A stretch of DNA of 64,000 bases from Octopus sinensis (GCF_006345805.1 NC_043006.1:70618001-70682000), one strand, 5' to 3'; numbered from the stretch's first letter, positions 13,106-26,199 are shown. The notes: a model not told the origin generated them from the sequence alone. Numbers and translations: made by a program.

Positions 13106-13620
13106 TTTTTTTTTAATGAACTTGGCTTTAGTAAAAAGAATTAGTGTTAAGTTTACATTTACTTTGTCTTGCAGTATGTATGATGAGAGGAAGAGAGAGT
13201 TGAGTGAGTCGCGAGCGCCTCAGGTAGCTTTGTGGAACAAAGGCCATTATAGTAGCAGTAGAAAAGCTAAAGAGAGAAGACAAAAACTCCCCTCTTAAGT
13301 TTTTCTACTGTTAGGCCAGAAGCTGGAGTGGTGTTTGTAAGTGACTTCATGCCCTTTGGATGTGGATTAGAATGTTTCTGTGTGTAGGATAAACCAGTAT
13401 TCCATTTTGATGTTTCAAGGGAAAAGTTGAAGTACATTCTTTCACTAAAGAGAAATTCTATCTTTGAGATGTGGTTTTCACATTTAGAGTCTTGGTTCAG
13501 AGTTTGTGGTTGGAATTAGGGTTTAGTGTCAGGTTAAGCTCATCTTGGTAAAGTGGAGTTAATCGTTTCAGATTCAAGTTACATTTCTGCATGACAGTGT
13601 TAAGATGTTGCATAGTTATA

Positions 13621-13782
13621 GGCGTAGGAGTGGCTGTGTGGTAAGTAGCTTGCCTACCAAACACGTGGTTCCGGGTTCAGTCCCACTGCATGGCACCTTG
13701 GGCAAGTGTTTTCTACTATAGCCTCGGGCCGACCAAAGCTTTATGAGTGGATTTGGTAGGCGGAATCTGAAAGAAGCCTGTC

Positions 13783-13842
<60 letters not shown>

Positions 13843-14040
13843 CTGTACCCCCAACATTGCTTGACAACTGATGCTGGTGTGTTTATGACCCCGTAACTTA
13901 GCAGCTCGGCAAAAGAGATCGATAGAATAAGTACCAGGCTTACAAAGAATAAGTCCTGGGGGCGATTTGCTCGACTAAAGGTGGTGCTCCAGCATGGCTA
14001 CAGTCAAATGACTGAAACAAGTGAAAGAGTAAAAGTTAAA
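13621..14040 (+). mobile_element. SINE family A, full length
   Basis: tRNA-like head ggcgtaggagtggctgtgtggtaag...gggttcagtccc, central (TA)(TG) microsatellite, 3' tail gtRaaaga repeats. About 20 related copies or fragments occur in the window. Confidence 0.9.
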
Positions 14041-15570
14041 GTTTTTGTATGGCTGCTGTATGTTTTGAAATTTCTGGAGTTCATTCTGGGCTACATTTTA
14101 TATGTATATATATATATTATTTTGAGGGGTCAGGTGTTTAATTTTGGAGATTATTATTATCCAAGATGGAGCTGTTACATCATTGTGGTGGTTGTTATGT
14201 CACCAAAATGCCCACATCTTTTAGCCATGTAGATGTTGTTATGAGCAATGGCCACTTAACCGTGTAGGTGGCATATGTTCATAATAATGGTATCTGGTCT
14301 GATTTGTGTGGTTGAATGTCTAACTTGATCTTTCAGGCAACATTCACACACACACACACACACACACAAATAGATTGAGAATGAGGAAGAGGAGGAGGTG
14401 AAGAGAGAGAGGCGGGGGTAAATTGATGGATAAACCAATACGGATAGAATTCATAATGGTTTGATAATTGATGTAGAATTCTTCATCTGGAACAGATGTA
14501 CTTTGGACACGAAACCACACCTGCTGCTGCCGCCATACGTACACGCAGAACCATCACATCATGCATTTCTGTTTCTCATTACCCCCATCATTGACAACAC
14601 TGCAACCACAACCACCATCATCAACATCGCTACCATCATCATCATTAACAACATCAGCATCACCACCACCACCACTATAGGCAATGTGTACTTCATCAGC
14701 ATCAGCAGCACGTTGATGAGTTTAGTGGCTTTGATGTAAAATGTCAGCTACAGGAAAGACACCCCACCTTCAGTTATCACTGTTCTTAGCAGCACTGAAG
14801 TGTGTGTGTGTGAGTCCATCCATCTATGTGTATATGCAACTTCCCTGTTATTGAATGTATAAAAAGTTCACCATTTAATAGTCGTCATTCTGTTGTCCCT
14901 CATGTACTATTAACCAGTTTTTCTAACTAAAATGGACTCTTCCTTTCATATTTTCTTTTGCTGATTTCAACCGAAAGGCCATGTGCCTAAATAAAAGAAA
15001 TCGAACTGTGGCCATACGGGATGTTGTTGATCATGAACCAATGAGGGAGCCTCTGGTTGGTCACTCTTCTTGGTAGAAATAGCAACCAAATCTCATTTGA
15101 GTCTTGCCATCTTAAAAGAGAAGAAGGACGACACATTACGTAATGTAGTTTTGTACACTCATTGAAAAGGTGTGTAGGTCATGGATGGAATGTCTCTGTT
15201 TACAGGTCTGCTTGATCAAACTTGAGCCAGGGCAAAGTAACAACATAAAGGGGGTTATATCGAGCCCAATAGATAACTGGGACTTTAATTTATGAATTTC
15301 ACAAGGATGAAATGTGTAATGGACATGAACACATGGTGTAGGGGTTAAGAGCATGGGCTACTAACGCCAAGGTTCCAAGTTCGATACCAAGCAGTGACCT
15401 GAATAATAATAATAATGAGAAGAAGAAGAACAGCAGCAGCAACAACAACAACATTGAAAAATAAAGAGGACTCTGTGCCATTAACTATTTTGCCTGGAGT
15501 GCTAATGAGTCTATCCACTCACCACCTTAATGATAATAGTAATAATAATAATAATGATAACGATGATGAC

Positions 15571-16443
15571 CATCATCATCATCTTCATCGTTTAACGTCC
15601 ACTTTCCATGCTGGCATGGGTTGGACGATTTGACTGAGGACTGGCGAACCAGAAGGCTGCACCAGGCTCCAATCTGATCTGGCAGAGTTTCTACAGCTGG
15701 ATACCCTTCTTAACGCCAACCACTCCATGAGTGCAATGGGTGCTTTTACATGCCACTGGCACAAGGGCCAGTCTGGCAGTACTGGCAACAGCCATGCTCA
15801 AATGATGTCTTTTACATGTCACCTGCACAGGACCCAGTCCAGTGGCACTGACAACGACCTCGCTCGAATATTTTTTCACGTGCCAGTAAGGCGACGCTGG
15901 TAATGATCACGCTCAAATGGTGCTTTTTACGTGCCACCGGCACGGAAGCCAGTCAGCTGCTCTGGCAATGATCATCCTCGGATGGTGCTCTTAGCGCTCC
16001 ACTAGCACGGATGATAGTCATCAAATTTGATTGCGATTTCACTTGCCTCAACAGGTCTTTGCAAGCAAAGTTTAGCGTCTGATGAAGGAAAGGTACACAT
16101 AAGTGGGCTGGTTACACCCCTGGCATAGGCCATGGGTTATGGCCTCACTTGGGCTTGCTGAGTCTTCTCAAGCACAGCATATTTCTAAAGGTCTCGGTCA
16201 CTAGTCCTTGCCTCGGCGAGGCCTAATGTTTGAAGGTTGTGCTTCACCACCTCATCCCAGGTCTTCCTGGGTCTACCTCTTCCACAGGTTCCCTCAACCA
16301 CTAGGGTCTGGCACTTTTTCACAAAGCTATCCTCATCCATTCTCACCACATGACCATACCAGTGCATTCATCTCTCTTGCACACCACATCTGATGCTTCT
16401 TAGGTCCATCTTTTCTCTCAAGGTACTTACACTTTGTCGAGTA
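15571..16443 (-). mobile_element. 5'-truncated RTE-clade LINE (ORF2 C-terminus, 3' UTR and (GAT)n tail)
   Basis: Translation LREKMDLRSIRCGVQER*MHWYGHVVRMDEDSFVKKC...GRGRPRKTWDEVV...DRDL*KYAV carries the RTE signature RWxGHVxRM...GRPRKxW, with in-frame stops. Confidence 0.9.
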
Positions 16444-16461
16444 TGATGATGATAATAATAA

Positions 16462-16903
16462 TCCTTTCTACAATAAACACAAGGTCTGAAATTTTGGGGG
16501 AAGGGTCTAGTCAATCATATCAACCCCAGTATACAACAGGTACTTATTTTTCGACCCTGAAAGGATGGAAAGCAAAGATGACCTTTATGGAATTTGAACT
16601 CAGAACTTAACAGCAGTTGAAATCCTGCTAAGCATTTTGTCCAGCGTGCTAATGATTCTGCCAGCTCACTGCCTTCAATAATAATAATCCTTTCTACTCT
16701 AGGCACAAGGCCTGAAATTTGGGGGAGGGGAATAGTCGATTACATCAACCCCAGTACTCAACTGGTACTTAATTTATTGACCCCCCAAAGGATGAAAGGC
16801 AAAGTCAACCTTGGCAGAATTTGAACTTAGAATGTAGCAACGGGCAAAATACCACTATGCATTTTGCTCAACATGCTAACGATTTTGCCAGCTTGTCGCC
16901 TTT
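16462..16903 (-). mobile_element. Two tandem SINE family B copies separated by (TAA)n
   Basis: Copies at 16462-16677 and 16687-16903. Confidence 0.85.
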
Positions 16904-16907
16904 AATG

Positions 16908-16939
<32 letters not shown>

Positions 16940-17332
16940 AATAATAAGATGGCATTATTTGCCACATGGATGATATAATGCTTTTAAATATACTTGTGAA
17001 AACAAAAGCATTGTGTGTATGGTTTTTTGACTGTAACTTCAGGCTACACATGTATGGCTTGTGTAAGCTGTTTGGAAATACAACCCTGAAATGGAAAAAC
17101 CAAATAATTGGTGCTTGTCTTCTATTATCTCCATGTGCAAAAAAAAAGAACATCTCTCAGGACCACCAAACATTTAGGAATGTATCAATATTGATATATA
17201 TATATATATATATATATGGTCCCTCACCAAGTGTAGGGGTTAGAAAGCAATAGGTCAAGGACTGTTTGTTCAGCTTCATTGATTAATGGAACTGCAAGTT
17301 AGTTGTGGTTGTCATTATAAAGGAGACAAACA

Positions 17333-17550
17333 AGGCGGTGAGATGGCAGAATCGTTAGCGCCAAGCGAAATGCTTAACAGTATTTCATCTGTTGCTACGT
17401 TCTGAGTTCAAATTCCACCCAGGTCAACTTTACCTTTCATCCTTTCGAGGTCGATGAAATAAGTACCAGTTACATGCTGGGTTGATGTAATTGACTAACC
17501 ATCCCCTCTCCTCAAATTTCAGGCCTTGTGCTTATAGTGGAAAGGATTAT
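17333..17550 (+). mobile_element. SINE family B
   Basis: ggcggtgagatggcagaatcgttagc...gagttcaaattcc...cctttcatcctttcgaggtcgat. Confidence 0.85.
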
Positions 17551-18017
17551 AAAAGAGAAGAACAATGATAGAAAGGACCAAGATGTCTTGTCTTCAGTTT
17601 TCATCAGGCCACTTTATAACATTTCTAAACAGCTGTTAATGGCTGGGATTTTCTAAGAAATAGTTTAAGGTATTCAAGGGTCACTAGAATGCTGGAGGCT
17701 GACTACAAAAGACTAACAGTCCACTTTCTCAGTATGCCCTGATCTCTTCACAAGGAAATTCCAATACTGGGCAAGAAATACCTATATTTAATTTTAAAAT
17801 AATAATAAAAAAAAACAGGCTTGAAGGAAGCTGGTGGTGGCCAACCAAGAACATCATTTATTTAGTGACTTAATCTGCTAGTAATAGCAACCAAATCTCC
17901 TGTAAATCACGGGAGAGGGGTGACCATGACTTGAAAGTTGCAACCTGCTAGCTGTTGGACAGTTCAACGGTGGTTAGCAGGCCTAAAGTTCAAGGTTCTC
18001 TTCTTATAAAAGAGTGA

Positions 18018-18270
18018 TCATCATCATCATCATCTAATGTCTGCTTTCAATGCTGTCATAGGTTGAGTGGTTTGACAGGAAGTGGTCATTTGGAAATTGC
18101 CTAGTTTCCAGTTGTCCATTCTGGCATGGTTTCTATAGCTGGATGCACTTCCTAACACCAACCACTTTACAGAGTGTACTGGGTGCTTTTTACATGACAC
18201 TGGCACAGGTACACAGGCGTGGGTGCTCTTATGTGGCACCAACACAAGTGCTTTTACATAGCACTAGCAA
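18018..18270 (-). mobile_element. RTE 3' end (diverged)
   Basis: (CAT)n and ggatgcacttcctaac motif. Confidence 0.7.
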
Positions 18271-18667
18271 CCACAAACCCTCAAGCGAAGAACTTCTCAG
18301 CTGAAAGAGAGACATAGAGGGACTTGTAGCTTAATTTAATTCATCCTTAGTCGAAAGACACCTGTTGTTAATGTCCTGTTAATTGCATTTGTATTTGTGT
18401 ACCATTTCTCAATTTTTTTTTTCCGCCCTTGTTTTCGTATACATTCGCTGCTTTCTTCCAAGGAATCCAATGCTCTTAGCTTAGTTTTTCCTTGGGGCTG
18501 GCCAGATTGGAGCAACCTTAAGTATTACCAGCCAAAATTACAAAGATAATCTGGAACTCGACTGAGGAAAGAAAACTCCGAATGACCCGGCCCTGTTTTT
18601 TCTTGCCCCTTTTTTGTATCATCTAACTGTCTGGATGTTTTGCATTCTTGTCCTATTTTTTGTATTT

Positions 18668-18726
<59 letters not shown>

Positions 18727-19317
18727 TGTAGATATTGGTAATGTTATTATTATCCACAGTAATATAAATATTTGATAATAACAACAATAATATAAGTGGT
18801 TGCATGCCATAAATAGCAAGTGATAGCCATAGAATTAAAATTTATATCAATTATAAGGGCATACAAAGGCACCTACCTGCTAGAAAGAGGAGTTATATAT
18901 ATATTACGAAGATGTATTTGCATAGTAAATGATTTGATCGGAGATCAAAAACAATTGCAGAGTGGAAGATACTTGTAAGCCATTCAAGAACACACAAAAA
19001 ATCATAAGTTTCACTTCAACATTTAATTTTCATTTGTGGAAAAATATTTTCGTCGCTTTGAAACTGTAACCCTTTCACTAAGCAACAAAAATATTTTGAC
19101 ACATATATATATATATGTCTGTGTATCTGTGTTTGATCCCCCACCATCGCTTGGTGTTTATGTCCCTGTAACTTAGTGCTTTGGCCAAAGAGACTGATAG
19201 AATAAGTACTACTAAGTCCTGGGATCGATTTTTTTTTAACTAAAGGCTGTGCCCCAGCATGGCCGCAGTCAAATAACTAAAACAAATAAAAGAATATATA
19301 AATACATATATGTAAGA

Positions 19318-19367
<50 letters not shown>

Positions 19368-20059
19368 ATGTATGTATATATATGGGTATCTGTATACATG
19401 TATATAACAATATATGTATGTATATATATGGGTATCTGTATACATGTATATAACAATATATGTATGTCTATATGTGCATAAGGGTATATGGATGTATATC
19501 TGTATTAGAGTACATGCAGATATATATGCATATAAGGGTATGTGTATGCTTATGTATATAAGAGTATATGTATATATGCATGCATAAAATAAATATGACT
19601 GTATATCAAAATACAACACTATCTATTTCAACACACTACTTCAGATCCGCTCTGCACAGCCAGAGCTGTAGACATAGCTGATGAGCCAGAGGGGCAGACT
19701 GGAGTGATAGGGGACGTGTCGTGAGGTGGAGGGTGGGGGGGGGTTGTACGGGAGGGGACGGCAGGGTTGGGGCTGGGGTTGGGGTCACTGGAAGATTCAT
19801 AAGGAAGTTTCTTTCATGTTTGTTGTTTGTCTGTGAGAAGTTAATTCAGTGATAAAGCAGTCAGGGTTTGGTTCAGATGTTTAGCTGACCCTGCCTTCTT
19901 TCCTGTATCACCTCAGCTCACTAGACTGTGTCTTAATAGCATGTTTGTATATAGAGATATATAAGATAAAGAATGTATGTATGTATGTATGTATGTATGT
20001 ATCTGTGTGTGTATGCATGTTTGTATGTATGTAACATGTCATATAGTGTGTGTGTGTAT

Positions 20060-20098
<39 letters not shown>

Positions 20099-20170
20099 AT
20101 AGATAAATATAATGTATCTTACAGCATGTGTGTATGTATGATAGATAGATAATGTACCTTATAGCGTGTA

Positions 20171-20243
<73 letters not shown>

Positions 20244-21049
20244 TGTGCATATATATAGACATATACATAAGATACAGAATATATATATGTCTTGTAGTGT
20301 GTGTGTGTGTGTGCAAAACAGATACATACACACAGATATCTCTATAAGCTCCAGAATTGATATCACTGCCACCATCAACACCACCACCAGTACTACTACT
20401 GCTACTACTATTCACTCTAAATTATCTTTCCCGACAATCAGTTCCCAGTAAAACACAATTTCACAGTTTTTTCATATATATATTTCCCCCCTATTATTTA
20501 AAAAAATATTTCTGCTGGGAATTCTCATAGGCTTCAGTTGTTTTGATTTTTTTTTTTTGTTCCAGTGCGTCTGTTTGTGAGTGGGTACACCCCTCTCCCC
20601 ACACACTCACACAAATTCACATACACACACACATATATACTGTGGTATTTGGAAAGTAAATACATATTTTCAAAAGGAAGAGAATAGCAAATGTCATTTA
20701 AGTTTAATTAAACATTATATATAAAATAGTCTTATCACCAATATCAATGACTGCAACCAAACAGGGAAACAAATTTTCAATTCTTTGTTTGAAAAAGTCT
20801 GCGTTATCTTCCTGAAAAGAGTTTCAAACAGCGTATTCAATATTTCCCTTTTTTCTGAGTGCTCTGTCACCTGTGGAATAATCTAGTGATTTAAAACGTG
20901 TGATAACCCATAAGTGCTAAATTTGGTGAGTATAAATGATATGGAACTGTTTCACATCCTAATAATTTTCTAACTTCTCTGGATTTGTTTCGCAGACCAA
21001 GCTCATTTTGTCCACAGGAAAATAATACTCGTTTTTGGATACCACTGTT

Positions 21050-21295
21050 GCATGCAGTCTACCTAGCGATTTACACTTCAGCATATAGTCTACCTGGTCA
21101 TTTGGCCATTTACACTTTAGCATACAGTCTAATCGTAACCCTAACCCTTATCCTAAACACAAACCCTTACTCTAAATCGTAACCCTAAACACTAACCTCT
21201 AACCCTAAACCCTAGCCTAACCCCTCACCCTAATCCTAACCTAGATCAGGTCATTTCACAGTATAGATTACGGATATAGCAGTAGACTACACGCT
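21050..21295. mobile_element. MITE-like element containing degenerate telomere-like (TAACCC)n
   Basis: Inverted ends gcatgcagtctac / gtagactacacgc. TAACCC-like array at 21137-21243. Confidence 0.5.
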
Positions 21296-21729
21296 AAATT
21301 AATACCTACTTTTGTTTACCAAAGCAAGCCACTTTTCAGTATAATGTTTCATTTACATGATTAAGTTGTTGGCAATAAATCTGTCTGGTAATGGTTTTTC
21401 CTTGTTTCAGTATCCCAGAATGGACAACACCGTTTATGTTTTACCTGATACATAGCAAACATTTCCGTGGAGGAAGTCCTGGTTTTGGTGTTGGCACCAG
21501 TTTCTCATTTACTGATTTTTTTTAATTCACTGTCTTTTTCATTTTCTGTTGACACACTTGTACATATATTTGTGTCAGGTATAGTAATGAGGTGCAGAAA
21601 TGAGATTGTGCTATTCCTAGTGAAGAGACTGCTCCATTAAACTTGGATCTCAAACAAAAACTCATGACGAAGCCAAACCTCCTTATTGCACTTTTTCCCA
21701 ATTTGTGGGAGGCATTCATGGGTGGTTAA

Positions 21730-22180
21730 GTGTGACAGGCAAGAAGTCGTCACTTTCCTCAGAGCTAGAGAAAAATTCAGTTCATCTAAACTTCAGTAGC
21801 CATCATGCCTACTTTCCATAGCTCCAGACTGGCAACTGAGAGTGGATCTCATGAGGTTCTCAAATTCCACCAAACAGGTGATCATGTTGAATCTGACTAT
21901 GCCCTGAGAGAAAAATATGGAGGAGGCTCATGAAAGGGTGCTTGCCAAATATGTATCAGGAACTGGTAAAGCAGTGCAGAAATCAGGGCTGGCAGTCTTG
22001 TTGTTAAACAACAGCAGTAGACTGTCAAGGTTTTGTGGGTGCATTCATTCTTGAAAGCTCTGACTAGGCTTGGAATTACAGCAAAAAGGAAGGCTATATA
22101 TTCCATCACAGAAACTGCAGAAAAGGATATTGGTGGCTTTAGATAAAGAGGGCAGACCACAAATATTCTGAAGTGTTGGG
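21730..22180 (+). pseudogene. Decayed HERO-like (R2-superfamily) non-LTR retrotransposon, restriction-like endonuclease C-terminus
   Basis: Manual translation VTFLRAREK...LLSIAPDWQLRVDL//SNSTKQVIMLNLTMP*EKNMEEAHERVLAKY/QELVKQCRNQGWQ...VDCQGFVG/HSFLKALTRLGI...AIYSITETAEK/WWL*IKR. This parallels the HERO-clade ELTVPWEE..EEA.ERK..KY..L...C...GW motif as I recall it. Confidence 0.75.
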
Positions 22181-22187
22181 TTGAGTG

Positions 22188-22220
<33 letters not shown>

Positions 22221-22222
<2 letters not shown>

Positions 22223-22615
22223 TCTTTTATTCTTTTACTTGTTTTAGTCATTTGACTGCAGCCATGCTGGAGCACTTGCTTTAGTCAAACAAATGGACCC
22301 CAGGACTTATTCTTTGTAAGCCTAGTACTTATTCTATCAGTCTCTTTTGCCGAACCGCTAAGTTACAGGGATATAAACACTCCAACATCGGTTGTCAAGT
22401 GATGGTAGTTGGGGAACAAATATTCACACGCACACACATCTATACAATGAACTTCTTTCAGTTTCTGTCTACCAAATCCACTCACAAAGCTTGATCAGCC
22501 CAACGCTATAGTAGAAGACACTTGCCCAAGGTTCCACACAGTGGCACTGAACCCAGGACCATGTGGTTGGGAAGCAAGCTTCTTACCACACAGCTGCTCC
22601 TGTGCTTATACATAT
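22221..22615 (-). mobile_element. SINE family A, full length
   Basis: Reverse complement of 13621-14040. Confidence 0.9.
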
Positions 22616-23572
22616 ACACTCCTGCCATAACACACACACTATATTTTTGGTGGGTCTTACATCTACATACATACACACACCAGATATTTAGATACATACG
22701 TGTACACAATTTTCACTTATTCACCACTACCCCCCCTCTGTTCTGTTTCACACTTATGCATGTGTGTGTGTGTTATATATATGTATCTTTACACATCCTC
22801 TCTTTCTATTTCACCCCCCACCCCTATGCTGCACCCTTTTGTTTATAATTTAGTTTCTGTTGACTTCCTTAAAGAAATATCTCTTGGGGCCTGTGACTAT
22901 AGAATTGTTGTCAATGGTGGTGTTGGTGGTGTTATTAGTGTCAATGGTACTGGTTGTAGAAGTAGTAGTAGTATTGTCCCTCCTCCTCTTCTTTTTTTTA
23001 TCTTTTTTTTTTACTTTTTCCCCTTGCACTTCCTCCAGGGAGAAAATGGTTCTGTTACAGGGGGCTGCATAGAACGGGGTGGGATCAGGGTGGTGCGTTG
23101 TATGGGATGTTGTTGAAGATTATGAGAGGTTAGGGGAGAATTAGTAGAAATGATGATGATGATGATGATGATGTGATGTAGAAATGGAGGGAAGAGGAGG
23201 AGGAGGACAAAGAAGAAAGAGCTGCTAGATTGACGGAGGGGGTTGATTCGAAGCTTAAGCTAGAGTCATCCCCTACCCTATATAATGTGTGTGTGTGTGT
23301 TACATTTATGTATGTGTTTGTATGTACAATTATGTGTGTGTAATGATATATATATTGTGTATTTGTATATATCCAGCCAAGTCTCATCACTCCATATACA
23401 TATACTGTGTGTGTATATAGACTAGTGTGTATATGTATATATTTAGAATAGGTCCTGCTCTGTATATAGCATGGATATGTACCCTAATTCTCTTCTTCCC
23501 ACTTTCACCCTTGTCGTACCACATCCACCAATCCACCCACTCCTTTTAACTTATTTACTTTAAACCTCATTG

Positions 23573-23692
23573 CACCACCACCATCACCACCACCACCACC
23601 ATCACCACCACCACCACCATCACCACCACCACCACCACCACCACCACCACCACCACCACCACCACCATCACCACCACCACCACCACCATCAC
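23573..23692. repeat. (CAC)n trinucleotide microsatellite
   Basis: About 40 CAC/CAT units. Confidence 0.95.
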
Positions 23693-23846
23693 CCTCAACG
23701 TGATACCTTAACACCTCTCCCTCTCTCTCCATCATCATTGTTGTCATCACTGCAGCTGTTAGTCTGGAAGAGAGTAAAGGTTGTTAGTTGCGGTGATGAG
23801 ACTGCCAGAGGTGGAGAGTGTGTGTGTGCATGCATGCACATATATA

Positions 23847-23893
<47 letters not shown>

Positions 23894-23974
23894 ACATATT
23901 TCCAAATATATACGTATGTAGATTTATTTACAAATGTTTACAAACTCACATACACACACACACACACACACACA

Positions 23975-24612
23975 CATGGTTTCATATGTCCAAGGCTTAA
24001 GAAGTTCAAGAACCAACAATTGACAAAGAATGTCATGGTGACTGTTTTGTGGGATGACAAGGACATTGTTCTCCTTCATTTTCTGGATCATGGCGGTACC
24101 ATGAATTGTGAGCTTGTCATTAAGACACTTGAAAAGCTAAAAGAAGCTGTTAGGATGAAGAAAGAGATCAAGCAAGAATTTGAAAATGATTGACGTTTGC
24201 CATAACAGTGTGTGACTACTACACACATCTTTGGCAATGAATCAGGCAATTAGCAAATTAGTCTGGTCAGTAGTTTCGCTTGTCTACCATACAGCTTGGA
24301 TCTGATGCCCTCCAACTTCCTCCTGCTTGATCCAATGAAGGATAGTCTTCAGGAACAATGATTCGATGACACGGATGTGATGAAAGTAACTGTGATGAAG
24401 TAGGTACAACATTGCACACCTGAATATTTCCAAAGAGGGTTTGAGAGTTGGGTTTAATGAAGGTGTATATGCATTTCCTGTGTTGGAGACTATATTGAGT
24501 AGGGGCTTTGTGTAGGGGAAGAATTATTCTACTAAAATGTGCAATTTGAACAAACTATGTCAGTTAATGAAAAGGTTATGCTCACTTTTGCATTACTTTT
24601 GGTCTCACTCGT
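23975..24612 (+). pseudogene. Old mariner transposase relic (3' half) with right TIR
   Basis: PRLKKFKNQ...VMVTVLWDDKDIVLLHFLDHGGTMN...PYSLDLMPSNFLLLDPMKDSL...GDYIE*, with many stops. TIR-like end ttgcattacttttggtctcactcgtg. Confidence 0.8.
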
Positions 24613-24632
24613 GTGTGTGTGTGTGTGTGTAT

Positions 24633-24897
24633 CAGTGGTTCTCAACAGGGACAGACTGAGAGTATTAAGGGCCCTCGGGCATTACCGTTTACCAGGCCCC
24701 TTTGAATGTCTGCTGTAGTTGAGTTAACGTATAGCACAGGCCCCTCAGAGCTCCAGGCCCTCGGGCAGTGCTTGATTGATCGACAGTTCAGTCCACCCTG
24801 GTTCTCAACTATTTTTTACCTATGGACCCCTTTGATTCCTATTTTACTTGGACGGACCCTCATAATCTTTCAATGTTTAAAAAAATCCTACTATATA
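24633..24897. mobile_element. hAT/Charlie-type MITE end (cagtggttctcaac) hosting two nested insertions
   Basis: Terminus CAGTGGTTCTCAA. Body homologous to 54900-55133 and 56603-56838; the same terminal motif recurs at 63764. Confidence 0.7.
24646..24800. mobile_element. hAT MITE, 155 bp
   Basis: 8-bp TSD gttctcaa (24638-24645 and 24801-24808). TIRs cagggacagactga / tcagtccaccctg. Confidence 0.85.
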
Positions 24898-26121
24898 CCA
24901 GGTCATTAAGAATGAAATGTCCGATTTTGAACTGAAAGTTTATTTTACTTTTTCTCAACAAAAAGCAGTGCAGTTAATTAAAGTATGCACCTAAATTATC
25001 AACACAATTTTGCCATTTTATTTGGTAGCTTGTTTGTGCTGGCAATGAAGAATTCTGGAGAGCAAGAAGTAATAAAATCTTGAAAGGCTGTTTTTGCATC
25101 TTCTTCAGATTTGAAGTTTTTTCCTTGCAAAATATTGTCTGATGCCTGGAAAACATGATAGTCAGTTGGTGCAAGGTCTGGTGAACATGGTGGATGACAG
25201 AGTACTTCCAAGTTCAGTTCCTGTAACTTGAGTAGCGTTCTTTGTGCAACATGTGGCTGAGCATTGTCTTGCAAGAGAATTGGCCTGTCTCTATTGACCA
25301 ATCTTGGTCGTTTAATTGCAAGTTCACTCATCATTTCATTCAATTCGTTGGTGTATACATCTGCTGTAACTGACTTACCAGGTCTCATGAAACTGTAGTG
25401 GATGACACCGGAGCTGGACCACCAAACAGACACCATTAACCACCGTGCAGAATGCTTGCTATTGTTGAAAAGAATCCATTTTTCATCACATGTAACAATA
25501 TAACTCAAAAATGGTTCGCTTTTATGCCGTGACAGCAAAACACAGCAAGTTTCAAGACATGTCATTTGATGCTTGTTCAGTTTGTGTGGTACCCACTTGT
25601 CCAGCTTCTTTACCTTGCCGATTTGTTTCAGATGTTCCAATACAGTTAGAATCGAAACATCAGACCTTGCTGCTAACTCACGTGTAATTTGAGATGTATC
25701 CACTTCCACTACAGTTTCCAGCTCATCATTATCCACCTTGGTCTCAGGTCTACCACAGGGGTGATATTCAAGAGTAAAGTCACCAGACCAGAACTTCTCA
25801 AACCATTGACATACAGTGCACTCATTCGCCACATCTTCACCAAACACCTCATTAATGTTTTGAGCTGTCTGGGATGCATTAGTTCCACAACAGAACTCAT
25901 ATTCATAAACAGCATGAATTTTTTATCTATCCATAGATTCACAAAAATTGATTTTCAAGAGAAAACTCACGATACAATCAGACTCCATGAATTGCATGTT
26001 GAAAAGTGATGATGTAACTCTTCAATGTTGTAAAACAAAGAATTGTCAGGATAAAACAGGAGTTAACAACTGCAAAACTTGGTGCATAAGAAAATCGGTC
26101 ATTTCATTCTTAATGACCTGA
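24898..26121 (-). mobile_element. Full-length mariner (DD34D) element
   Basis: About 31-bp TIRs Ycaggtcattaagaatgaaatgwccgatttt at both ends. TA TSDs at 24896-24897 and 26122-26123. Confidence 0.95.
24974..25934 (-). pseudogene. Inactivated mariner transposase
   Basis: WVPHKL, IVTCDEKW, LQDNAQPH and CSPDLAPTD motifs, with 34 residues between the 2nd and 3rd Asp. ATG at 25934 is followed by a stop at codon 4 (MDR*KIH). There is an in-frame deletion before LMVSVWW and a frameshift near 25020; the true end KWQNCVDNLGAYFN* is at 24974. Confidence 0.92.
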
Positions 26122-26199
26122 TATTTACCTTTAGAAGTTAGAATATGTCACACTTATTTTAACTAACCTAAAGTTCACACACACAGTAGTACTCAGTTT

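Noticed and set aside
18340-19100. Additional Penelope-like ends (ctgagga...ccgaa at about 18562; inverted aaaatatttt hairpin at about 19040-19100; also about 53180)
   Set aside because: The hammerhead core is too degenerate to support a call from these copies alone.
21137-21243. Interstitial telomere or chromosome fusion scar
   Set aside because: It is short, degenerate and enclosed by inverted termini, so a transposon-internal repeat explains it better.
23570-24193. 207-aa ORF with poly-His N-terminus
   Set aside because: It is a chance read-through of (CAC)n, (TA)n and a mariner relic, not a coherent protein.
24999-25847. SETMAR-like domesticated gene or active transposase
   Set aside because: There is no SET domain, the ORF is bounded by TIRs and TSDs, and it has an early stop, a deletion and a frameshift.
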